UHGV virus genome: UHGV-0202726
From: a virus
Direction: 5' to 3' (one strand)
DNA length: 44,520 nt
Shown here: positions 8,375 through 16,100 of the stretch, piece by piece
Layout of the letters: each line of letters starts with the position of its first letter
How positions within the stretch are numbered: position 1 is the stretch's first letter
Made by a program: the position numbers and the translations under genes
The notes under the pieces: generated by a model
What the model was told of the DNA's origin: nothing
Databases searched by the model: none
Seen by the model: the letters and a program-made list of their open reading frames with translations, nothing else

Positions 8375-8581
8375 TTCACCGAACGCCAGCCACTTGGCGT
8401 CTACTTGTAGCACTTCCGCCAGCTTGAACAGCGTCGCCGGTCGGACGTCCTGAGTTACCCCGAGCGCAAGCTGGTTAATCGCGCCCTGGGAAACGCCAGC
8501 CAGGACCGCCAGACGGCGCTGGGAGATGCCGAGTTCTTTACGGCGTTGTTCTACGCGGATACCTAGTTCAGATGGTTGCAT
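8366..8581 (-). CDS. XRE-family helix-turn-helix transcriptional regulator (Cro/CI-like)
   Basis: 71 aa; LGISQRRLAVLAGVSQGAINQLALG is a typical XRE HTH; AAGGAG RBS; monocistronic with own terminator. Confidence 0.75.
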   Translation of the reverse strand: MQPSELGIRVEQRRKELGISQRRLAVLAGVSQGAINQLALGVTQDVRPATLFKLAEVLQVDAKWLAFGEGA

Positions 8582-8604
8582 GTCATTTACTCCTTAGTCA
8601 GTTG

Positions 8605-8630
8605 ATATGTGAATAGTACCATATTAATTA
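8605..8630 (-). promoter_or_regulatory. operator-like palindrome and probable -10 region of the XRE regulator gene
   Basis: TGTGAATAGTACCATATTAA; TACTAT on minus strand (8618..8613) about 30 nt upstream of ATG 8581; weak -35, AT-rich upstream. Confidence 0.4.
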
Positions 8631-8645
8631 TTTTAGAAAAGCCCA

Positions 8646-8674
8646 TTGACACGTGAATAGTTCGCTATTATAGT
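8646..8674 (+). promoter_or_regulatory. consensus sigma70 promoter
   Basis: TTGACA, 17-nt spacer containing TGAATAGTT, TATAGT. Confidence 0.6.
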
Positions 8675-8704
8675 TAACCCATACCAAACGAGAGGATACA
8701 TAGC

Positions 8705-8884
8705 GTGGATGTTAAAGACTGGTGCGGGAGGTTTAGCAAATGTGACGGTTGCAAACTTCAATCAGAATGCGCCGTAAGGCCAGAAGAGCTTTTTATAGTG
8801 TTCGAAGATGGTAAACCGGTAGACCGCTGGGCCATCAGAACGACAGAAATGATTAAACGAGAACTGGAGAAAGAAAAATGTTAG
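8705..8884 (+). CDS. hypothetical small Cys-rich protein (59 aa)
   Basis: GTG start with GAGAGGA RBS; DWCGRFSKCDGC...SEC cysteine cluster; stop overlaps next start. Confidence 0.3.
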   Translation: MDVKDWCGRFSKCDGCKLQSECAVRPEELFIVFEDGKPVDRWAIRTTEMIKRELEKEKC

Positions 8885-9375
8885 AGAAATTCTTAGTATT
8901 ACTGGAACGTTTCGTAGTTGCACATGAACTTATTGCTGCGAATAGCGCGAAACAAGTTGTCGTTTCCGAAGTAGATGGGTTACCCGCAGAGACTAAAGCC
9001 GACGTAGTTCGTGCCGTTGTAAAAGCCGAAGAAACAAAAGAAATCCCGGTCGAAGGTGAAGACCTCGTAGACACTAAACCGGCAGAAGAAGAGAAGCCAA
9101 AACGCAAGCCGCGTAAAGCTAAAGTAGAGGAACCTACGCCAGAGCCGGAAGAAGAGAAAGAAGAAGTCGATTATCAGTCTCTGCGTGACCAGATTCAGGC
9201 TATCGACGACGCCATTAACGAAGGTCCGAGCGACGCCGCGTGCGACGATTCTGATGAACTACTGGAAGAGTTCACCGGTAAGAAAATGAAGATTGCCGCG
9301 ATTAAAGACGAAGACCTGGCTGAATATCTGGAACGCCTGACGGCAATCAAGAACAAGTATTTCGAAGAAGAATAA
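8878..9375 (+). CDS. hypothetical highly acidic protein
   Basis: ATG with GGAGAAAG RBS; long Glu/Asp/Pro/Lys low-complexity centre and acidic C-terminus. Confidence 0.55.
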   Translation: MLEKFLVLLERFVVAHELIAANSAKQVVVSEVDGLPAETKADVVRAVVKAEETKEIPVEGEDLVDTKPAEEEKPKRKPRKAKVEEPTPEPEEEKEEVDYQSLRDQIQAIDDAINEGPSDAACDDSDELLEEFTGKKMKIAAIKDEDLAEYLERLTAIKNKYFEEE

Positions 9376-9382
9376 CTATCTT

Positions 9383-9402
9383 GCGGCCTTCGGGCCGCTT
9401 TA
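9383..9402 (+). terminator. GC hairpin with UUCG loop, weak terminator or attenuator
   Basis: GCGGCC-TTCG-GGCCGC followed by TTTAAC. Confidence 0.4.
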
Positions 9403-9418
9403 ACTGAGGGTCGGAAAT

Positions 9419-9706
9419 ATGAAATACGAAGATATGAGCGATTTTGAGATTAACTGCTGTGTACACGCAGAGGTTATGCAAATTTCAGGATTGAATTCGT
9501 TTAAGGCCAAAGACTACTGCAACAACCCATCTGATGCATGGCCCATAATAATTGATAATCACATATCAATTGAATGCGTTACGGCTAACCGGCATACGTT
9601 TACATATCGCGCGTACCACTCTGCATCTTTCACCAAAAGTACGCACGAAAACCCCCTACGCGCCGCTATGATTGTCTTTCTGAAAATGCGGGAGAAGGCG
9701 CAATGA
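9419..9706 (+). CDS. hypothetical protein
   Basis: ATG with GAGGG RBS; several Cys/His; no recognisable domain. Confidence 0.5.
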   Translation: MKYEDMSDFEINCCVHAEVMQISGLNSFKAKDYCNNPSDAWPIIIDNHISIECVTANRHTFTYRAYHSASFTKSTHENPLRAAMIVFLKMREKAQ

Positions 9707-9975
9707 TTTACCAACTCTACCGCGCCGTAGACAGGCGAGATAACACAGAGGCGCTATGGTTATTGCGTGCGCCGTCAGAGGCACACCAGATGGAAGAGAT
9801 GGCGTACTTAGGCAAAGTACCGCGGCCTAAAGACATAGGCCGTCATGTGTCGCAGATTAAGCGCACGACTTTCGCCAAACCTGACTTTTATGTCTTTGAG
9901 TCGATGTATGGCTGGGCTATGCACTGCGAGCATAAGACACGGCATTTAATTGACCAGTGGGAGAGCAGGGCATGA
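9703..9975 (+). CDS. hypothetical protein
   Basis: ATGA overlap with upstream stop; GGGAGAAGG RBS. Confidence 0.5.
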   Translation: MIYQLYRAVDRRDNTEALWLLRAPSEAHQMEEMAYLGKVPRPKDIGRHVSQIKRTTFAKPDFYVFESMYGWAMHCEHKTRHLIDQWESRA

Positions 9976-11213
9976 TTCTAAAAGAACGCGGTGGCAATAA
10001 CGATGTACACGCATTACTATCACCGTCAGGCGCTAAAAAGTGGTTAACCTGCCCGGCTTCTCTGGCCTGTGAAAAAGATATTCCTAACACGTCCGGTAAA
10101 GCCGCGGTATTAGGTACGGCTATGCACACCATAGCTGAGGTACATCTCAACGCCTATATCCGCGGCACTGCGCTACCATTAGAGCGTGAAGTCGGTGCTT
10201 ACGTGCTGGACGAGGGTAAAGGCCAGATTAAGGCGCTAATCAGCCCGATGAAATGCGCGGTACTGATTACGGCTGACATGATTGAGCAGGTGCGCAAGTA
10301 CACAGACTACTGCAAAGCTGTTATCGATGTAGCGACTTACGCCAAACTCGAGATGCGTGTCAATCTTACTGAGGTATTGCATCCAGGCTACGAAGGCGTT
10401 GAGACATTCGGAACCGCCGACCTTGTTGCCGTTCAGGAACTGGCGAACACCGACGAGCACATGCTCATTATTGGCGACCTTAAAACTGGACGGCATCGTG
10501 TTGAAGCGAAAGAAAACAAGCAGCTTATGCTTTACGCTCTCGGTGTTTATCGCCGACTCAAGAGACGTTATAACATCACAGTTGTTCGCCTGGTCATCTT
10601 TCAGCCGTACGCGGGCGGTGCGTCGGAGTGGGACATCTCGGTTGAAGGTCTGGAACTGTTCGCTAAGTTTGCACAGAAACGCGCACTGTTAGCTCTTGAC
10701 GCGTATTACCGAGGCAAGAAGAACCTGAAAGCATCTGACTTCAAGCCGTCAGTAGACGGTTGTCAGTGGTGCCGGTTCTCGGAACAGTGTGCCGCGCGTA
10801 CAAAAACCGTTAACGCGGTGCTGGCGGAAGAACTTGAAGACGACTTTGCGCTGGAACTGACACCAGAGCAACTCGTAGCTGAGTATGAGAAGTTGCCATT
10901 GTTGCGCCAGCACATCGACAAGGTCGAGAAAGCGATGTCCGCCGCGTTGCATTCCGGTAAGAAAGTGCCGGGGTACAAGCTGGTTGAAGGTAAGATGGGC
11001 AATCGTGCGTGGAAGGATGCTGAGGCGGTATACGAGAAATACGGCTACAAGCTGACTAAAGACGTGCTCATGTCACCTACCGAAGCGGTTAAAGTCATAC
11101 CGGAGGAGGAGCTAAAAGACTTCATTACCCGTAAGCCTGGCGCACCATGTGTTGCAACGGCGGACGACAAGCGTCCTGAGTGGAATCAGGTAACAGAGGA
11201 GGATTTGGAATGA
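9972..11213 (+). CDS. PD-(D/E)XK nuclease, Cas4/RecB-like with Cys cluster
   Basis: ATG at 9972 (ATGA overlap, GGAGAG RBS) preferred over track GTG 9957; GDLKTG (D-x-K), QLMLYAL (QxxxY), N-terminal C and C-terminal CQWCRFSEQC consistent with a Cas4-type Fe-S cluster. Confidence 0.75.
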   Translation: MILKERGGNNDVHALLSPSGAKKWLTCPASLACEKDIPNTSGKAAVLGTAMHTIAEVHLNAYIRGTALPLEREVGAYVLDEGKGQIKALISPMKCAVLITADMIEQVRKYTDYCKAVIDVATYAKLEMRVNLTEVLHPGYEGVETFGTADLVAVQELANTDEHMLIIGDLKTGRHRVEAKENKQLMLYALGVYRRLKRRYNITVVRLVIFQPYAGGASEWDISVEGLELFAKFAQKRALLALDAYYRGKKNLKASDFKPSVDGCQWCRFSEQCAARTKTVNAVLAEELEDDFALELTPEQLVAEYEKLPLLRQHIDKVEKAMSAALHSGKKVPGYKLVEGKMGNRAWKDAEAVYEKYGYKLTKDVLMSPTEAVKVIPEEELKDFITRKPGAPCVATADDKRPEWNQVTEEDLE

Positions 11214-11383
11214 TGGTTTATATTCTCACGCGGTATCACCGCCGATATTCTATTCAAGAACTTGATATTGTTTCTGTTCACGCTAAACGCGCCGACGCCG
11301 ACAAAATTGCAGAAGAGAAGAACTCGAAGCATGAGGCGGTGCAGCCCTATATTTATAAGGTAGTTCCGAAGAAACTTAAATAA
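11210..11383 (+). CDS. hypothetical protein
   Basis: ATG at 11210 overlaps nuclease stop (ATGA); GAGGAGGA RBS. Confidence 0.45.
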   Translation: MMVYILTRYHRRYSIQELDIVSVHAKRADADKIAEEKNSKHEAVQPYIYKVVPKKLK

Positions 11384-11387
11384 AGTG

Positions 11388-11416
11388 TTGACACCTGAAT
11401 AGTTAGCTATTATAGT
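11388..11416 (+). promoter_or_regulatory. consensus sigma70 promoter
   Basis: TTGACA, 17-nt spacer containing TGAATAGTT, TATAGT. Confidence 0.6.
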
Positions 11417-11472
11417 TCTAATCACTGGCCGGGCAGCTTCCCGGAGTAAACTGAAAACTGAGGAATCGAGAA

Positions 11473-12099
11473 ATGGGACTGAAACTGAATCTGCGTAAAG
11501 TAAACACTGCATGGGTTAACGTATTCGAACGTGAAAAAGACCGTGAAAACGATGATGGCTCAATCACTAAAGGGCAGTACAGCGCGACTATTATCCTGCC
11601 GTCTGACCATGCTCAAATCGACGCGCTATACGACACTGTCTACGCTGTAGTTGAAGAAGCGTTGGGTGCAGCCGCTGCCGAGAAGTGGATGAAGTCCAAC
11701 TACGGCGAAGGTAAGCACATGGATAAATGCGCGATTAAAGACATTGCCGAGCGCGACAATCCGTTTGAAGACTTCCCGGAGGGCTTCTACTTCAAAGCGA
11801 AGGCACAGAAACAGCCGCTGATTGTAACCTCTAAAAAAGGTGAGACTCAGGTAGAACAGGACTTCAATGTAGACGGCGAACAGATTGAAGGCGAACAGGT
11901 TTACAGCGGCTGTGTGGCTAACGTAAGCGTTGAAATCTGGTTCAGCCAGAAATACAAAGTCCTCGGCGTTAACCTGCTGGCAATTAAGTACGTTGGTGAG
12001 GGTAAAGCATTCGGGGGCTCTAAAGTCGCCGCGAGTGTTGATGACCTGGAAGATGACGAAGAAGATGAAGCACCACGCCGCGAGCGTCGTCGCCGCTAA
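11473..12099 (+). CDS. putative single-stranded DNA-binding protein
   Basis: Follows strong promoter; GAGGAA RBS; acidic C-terminal tail DDLEDDEEDEA typical of SSBs; sits between nuclease and polymerase as in phage nuclease/SSB/PolA modules. Confidence 0.5.
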   Translation: MGLKLNLRKVNTAWVNVFEREKDRENDDGSITKGQYSATIILPSDHAQIDALYDTVYAVVEEALGAAAAEKWMKSNYGEGKHMDKCAIKDIAERDNPFEDFPEGFYFKAKAQKQPLIVTSKKGETQVEQDFNVDGEQIEGEQVYSGCVANVSVEIWFSQKYKVLGVNLLAIKYVGEGKAFGGSKVAASVDDLEDDEEDEAPRRERRRR

Positions 12100-12118
12100 T
12101 ATCTGAATCAATTTAACT

Positions 12119-12141
12119 AAGGCCCTTCATTGGGCCTTTTT
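12119..12141 (+). terminator. rho-independent terminator
   Basis: AAGGCCC-TTCATT-GGGCCTT followed by TTTTT. Confidence 0.65.
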
Positions 12142-12160
12142 ACTAAGGGTCGAAAATAAT

Positions 12161-14413
12161 ATGCAAGACTTACTGTTTAAAGATACTGAAACTTTTAGCG
12201 AAGCCGATTTGAAAAAGGTTGGGGCTTACCGGTACTCGGAAGACCCGTCAACAGAGATTATTCTCGCCACTTACGCGTTTAACGATGAGCCAGTGGAGGT
12301 TTACGACCCCACAAAAGGCAGAAATATACCGAGAGAACTGCGACGTTGCCTTGCGGGCCTTGAAAAGCCGAATTACGGGTTGAAACTTGTTGGGCACAAT
12401 TTCCTTCAATTTGACAGGCTCGTCATAGAGCGCTGCTGGGGTTACAAAATTCACCCAACTAACATCATTGATACGATGATTCTTGCGTTTCGACACGCGC
12501 TACCCGGGTCACTGGCGGCGTTGTGCGAAGTACTTGGTGTGTCAGCAGAAAACGCGAAGGATAAACGCGGCAAGGCTCTGATTCAGCGTTTTTCTAAACC
12601 GACGCCGAAGAACTACAAAATACGTCGCTACACCGCGGATACGCACCCAGAAGAGTGGGCCTGGTTTATTAAGTATGGTATTAGCGACATTACATCGGTG
12701 CGTGAAGTCTTCCATAAGCTGCCGTGTTGGGGTAACTCTGAGTTCGAGGACCGTGTACTGGAACTCGACCAGCTAATCAACGATCGTGGGTTTAAGGTTG
12801 ACGTAGCGCTGGCGGAAGCCGCGATTGAAGCCGTGGAGAAGCACAAGGCACAGTTACAGGAAGAAGCCCAACGTAAATACGGCGGCTCGCTCACAGGTAA
12901 AGACTTCCTTCCGATTCTACGTGAACTAGCACCGGCGCACCGCATCCACAACGCGCAGAAGTCGACGCTTAACGACCTGTTGGCAGACGATGATTTACCG
13001 GACGACGCCCGCGCGATTATCGAAATGCGCCTCGGGGCCGCGTCCACCGCGTCAACGAAATATAACCCATTGCTATTAGGCCGCTCGTCGGACGACCGTC
13101 GCCGCGGTTGCATCCAGTACGGCGGGGCTAAGCGTACGTTACGATTTGCTGGCAAAGGCTTCCAGCCGCAGAACCTGGCGCGCGGGTACTATCACGACGA
13201 CCCGAAGAATAAAAAGAAGAAAGTCCGTTATGACTGGATGTCAGAGAAGGATTGGTGGAGAGTAACACACCCATTGTCCTACGGAATCGACCTGTTGTTT
13301 AAAGGCCGTGCTCATCGCCGTTTTGACGTAGCCAAGCTAACGGCATCGACGGTGCGTAGCTGCATTATACCTGAGGCTGGGCATAAGTTTGTCGTTGCCG
13401 ACTACTCTAACGTTGAGGGTCGTGGGTTGGCCTGGCTGGCGGGAGAAGAAACCGCTCTCGATACCTTCCGTGCGGGATTGGATATTTACTGCGTAACCGC
13501 AGGTAAGATGTTCGGAATGGACCCCGATTACATTCTCGAAAGCCGTAGTGACCTGCGCCAGATTGGCAAAGCATGTGAATTGGGCCTCGGCTATGCGGGT
13601 GGCGTTGGTGCTTTCGTTCAGTTTGCTAAAAACCTCGGCTTAAACCTTGTTGATATGGCTAAAACAATGGACGGAACTTTCCCCGACCACATATGGGCGG
13701 CTACTGCACGGGGCTATGAGTGGGCGCGTATTCAGGAAGCCAAGCGACCGCCGCGGCCTGGTGAAAAGGATGACCGACCATCGTATATTCTTGATAAGAA
13801 AGTGTGGCGTACCTGTGACGCTATCAAGCGCATGTGGCGCGAGTCTCACCCGGAAACAGTAGCGTTCTGGCGAGATATTGAAGATGCAGCTATGGCGGCT
13901 ATCCGCAATCCAGGCAAAGAGTTCACCGCAGGGCCGCGCGGCGTTAAATTTTCGCGCAACGTAGAGACAGACAACAACGGCAACAAAGTCGCGGGCTGGT
14001 GGTTGCGCATGACGTTGCCGTCGGGGCGCGTTATGTCATACCCGGGCGTCGGGTTAAGCGTGTCGAAAGAGACAGACGAAGATGGAAAGGTGACTACTAA
14101 CGTGCGCATCAAGTACCAGGGGGAGAATCAGTTAACCCGTCAGTGGGGTTTCCAGTACACATATTCCGGTAAACTCGTGGAAAACTGCACCCAAGCGCTG
14201 TGCCGTGATTTGTTGGCTAATGCGCTGCTGAACGTAGAGGCAAACGGCTACCCAATTGTACTTCATGTTCACGATGAAATTATCTGCGAGACACCAGATG
14301 CACCGGAATACAATGTCGCAGAGCTTGGGCGGTTGATGTGCGAATTACCGGAATGGGCAGAGGGGTTCCCTCTTGTAGCGGAAGGTGCTGAGATGAAGCG
14401 TTATGCTAAGTAA
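12161..14413 (+). CDS. family A DNA polymerase (Pol I-like) with 3'-5' exonuclease domain
   Basis: 750 aa; N-terminal FKDTETFS (Exo I), DYSNVEGRGLAWLAGE (motif A), RQIGKACELGLGYAGG (motif B), VHDEIICE (motif C). Confidence 0.9.
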   Translation: MQDLLFKDTETFSEADLKKVGAYRYSEDPSTEIILATYAFNDEPVEVYDPTKGRNIPRELRRCLAGLEKPNYGLKLVGHNFLQFDRLVIERCWGYKIHPTNIIDTMILAFRHALPGSLAALCEVLGVSAENAKDKRGKALIQRFSKPTPKNYKIRRYTADTHPEEWAWFIKYGISDITSVREVFHKLPCWGNSEFEDRVLELDQLINDRGFKVDVALAEAAIEAVEKHKAQLQEEAQRKYGGSLTGKDFLPILRELAPAHRIHNAQKSTLNDLLADDDLPDDARAIIEMRLGAASTASTKYNPLLLGRSSDDRRRGCIQYGGAKRTLRFAGKGFQPQNLARGYYHDDPKNKKKKVRYDWMSEKDWWRVTHPLSYGIDLLFKGRAHRRFDVAKLTASTVRSCIIPEAGHKFVVADYSNVEGRGLAWLAGEETALDTFRAGLDIYCVTAGKMFGMDPDYILESRSDLRQIGKACELGLGYAGGVGAFVQFAKNLGLNLVDMAKTMDGTFPDHIWAATARGYEWARIQEAKRPPRPGEKDDRPSYILDKKVWRTCDAIKRMWRESHPETVAFWRDIEDAAMAAIRNPGKEFTAGPRGVKFSRNVETDNNGNKVAGWWLRMTLPSGRVMSYPGVGLSVSKETDEDGKVTTNVRIKYQGENQLTRQWGFQYTYSGKLVENCTQALCRDLLANALLNVEANGYPIVLHVHDEIICETPDAPEYNVAELGRLMCELPEWAEGFPLVAEGAEMKRYAK

Positions 14414-14534
14414 ACTGATTATCGCGGTACTGGCGGGATTCGCCGCCGGTGTCTACTGTCACGAGGGTCAATACGGCATGATGGTTGCCATATTGGGTAT
14501 GTTCATCGCAATTTATCTGTGGGTGCTGGAATGA
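14403..14534 (+). CDS. hypothetical small membrane protein (43 aa)
   Basis: ATG overlapping the polymerase stop; single hydrophobic helix. Confidence 0.3.
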   Translation: MLSKLIIAVLAGFAAGVYCHEGQYGMMVAILGMFIAIYLWVLE

Positions 14535-14615
14535 AAATCTACTGGTTCTACGAAGAAGACTGTCGAATCTGTCCGCGCTGCGGGATTGAACACACGAAAC
14601 GCGAGGGGTGTATAG

Positions 14616-14933
14616 ATGAGTACGCCTGAGGGGCGCATCCAGAAATACGCAAAAGACCGATTCGAGGCCATTGGCGGCCTCGTTCGTAAACTTTCCTACG
14701 AAGGACGTTCCGGCGCTCCCGACCTGCTGGTAATTCTCCCCAACGGCATCGTCTGGTTCGTCGAGGTTAAGAAAGACGAAAACACGAAGCCAGACCCTCA
14801 CCAGTTACGGGAACACGAGCGGATGCGTAAACGTGGCGCAAATGTTTTTGTAGTTGGTTCGATAAAACAGGTTGACACCCTAGTAGCGGACTATTATAGT
14901 AAGTACATACCCCAACAATATAAGGAATTATAA
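14616..14933 (+). CDS. VRR-NUC domain nuclease
   Basis: PDLLVILPNG...VEVKK...Q..E arrangement typical of VRR-NUC PD-(D/E)XK proteins; GAGGGG RBS. Confidence 0.7.
   Translation: MSTPEGRIQKYAKDRFEAIGGLVRKLSYEGRSGAPDLLVILPNGIVWFVEVKKDENTKPDPHQLREHERMRKRGANVFVVGSIKQVDTLVADYYSKYIPQQYKEL
14872..14900 (+). promoter_or_regulatory. consensus sigma70 promoter inside the 3' end of the VRR-NUC gene
   Basis: TTGACA, 17-nt spacer, TATAGT. Confidence 0.55.
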
Positions 14934-14934
14934 A

Positions 14935-15189
14935 ATGGCTATCGAACTTCAACTGTCAGTAAACACTATGATTATTGGTTCAATCGACTCATCTGTTCGT
15001 ATCGGTAAATACACAGGGGCGTCAGTTAATTACTCATGGTCTATGAAGGTTTCGGAAGTAAACCGTATCCTGGGTTTCGGGTCAGTTGGCCGCAAAGTGC
15101 TGGCAGAAGACGTCGCTAAAGGGCTGTCGGTAGACTTCACAACGGCTGGGGAACTTATTAAGCAAGTTCAAGCAGAATTATCTAACTAA
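14935..15189 (+). CDS. hypothetical protein
   Basis: ATG with AAGGA RBS. Confidence 0.5.
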   Translation: MAIELQLSVNTMIIGSIDSSVRIGKYTGASVNYSWSMKVSEVNRILGFGSVGRKVLAEDVAKGLSVDFTTAGELIKQVQAELSN

Positions 15190-15192
15190 TAC

Positions 15193-15208
15193 AGGCCCTT
15201 CGGGGCCT
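15193..15208 (+). terminator. GC hairpin with UUCG loop (attenuator-like, no U tract)
   Basis: AGGCCC-TTCG-GGGCCT between two small genes. Confidence 0.3.
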
Positions 15209-15228
15209 TAACTATAAGGAATTGAGAA

Positions 15229-15420
15229 ATGAAACACGAATATGACCGCAAACCAGCACGTGACATCGTACCGGGCGACATGATTTTCAACGTTAAGACC
15301 CGTCGTCCTGTTGCCGTTGATACGGTGTACGTCGAGTCGAACGGTAAACTGGTTATCGAAGATGTAACCGGCAATATTACGGCGTTCGGGCGTAAAGAGT
15401 TAGTTCTGGTGTTGAAATGA
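15229..15420 (+). CDS. hypothetical protein
   Basis: ATG with AAGGAA RBS. Confidence 0.5.
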   Translation: MKHEYDRKPARDIVPGDMIFNVKTRRPVAVDTVYVESNGKLVIEDVTGNITAFGRKELVLVLK

Positions 15421-16100
15421 TTGTCTGGTCATTATTTGACGGTTCGGGCCTTATGGCCCAGCCGTGGGCGGAAGCGGGCCATACTTGCTACTGTTTCAAC
15501 TACGACGGCGCTGACCACGGCGACTACGCACTATTGGGTGCAAAGGTTGAACACGAGAACATCCACTATATAAACGCGTGGATTGATAATAAATTCGACT
15601 TCGAAGCCGCGCCGGATATTATTTTTGCGTTCCCTCCTTGCACAGATTTAGCCGTTAGTGGGTCGCGTCATTTCGAGGCTAAGCGCAAGAAGAACCCAAC
15701 GTTTCAGGTAGAGGCCGTGATTACATGCAAAGTGGCAGCGCGTCTGGCTAAAAAGTACAACGTACCTTATATGATTGAGAACCCAGTTAGCGTTCTTTCA
15801 TCTTTATGGCGTAAGCCCGATTATGTATTCGACCCACACGATTACGGCGGCTATCTACCGGAAGACGACACACATCCAATGTTTCCGGATGTTATTCCAG
15901 CGCGAGATGCCTATGTTAAAAAGACGTGCCTGTGGGCGGGCAATGGGTTTGTTATGCCCGACGTTGCCGATGTTGCCGCGGGTAGTGGAGATAATCCGGG
16001 CTGGGCTAAACTGGGCGGCAAGAGCGCCAGAACAAAAACAATCCGCAGCCTCACCCCGCGAGGTTTCGCAAAAGCAGTTTACGAGGCTAATCATGTCTAA
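15417..16100 (+). CDS. DNA cytosine-5 methyltransferase-like protein, short form without obvious target-recognition domain
   Basis: LFDGSGLM (motif I-like), FPPCTDLAVSG (PC catalytic motif IV-like), MIENPVSV (ENV-like motif VI); only 227 aa; ATGA overlap with upstream gene. Confidence 0.55.
   Translation: MIVWSLFDGSGLMAQPWAEAGHTCYCFNYDGADHGDYALLGAKVEHENIHYINAWIDNKFDFEAAPDIIFAFPPCTDLAVSGSRHFEAKRKKNPTFQVEAVITCKVAARLAKKYNVPYMIENPVSVLSSLWRKPDYVFDPHDYGGYLPEDDTHPMFPDVIPARDAYVKKTCLWAGNGFVMPDVADVAAGSGDNPGWAKLGGKSARTKTIRSLTPRGFAKAVYEANHV

Noticed and set aside
15775-16092. N-terminal extension of the SNF2 helicase ORF proposed by the track (start at 15775)
   Set aside because: The extension overlaps the methyltransferase-like gene in another frame and has no RBS; the ATG at 16093 has a GAGG RBS, and MSKFQRREYQ begins just ahead of the Walker A motif.
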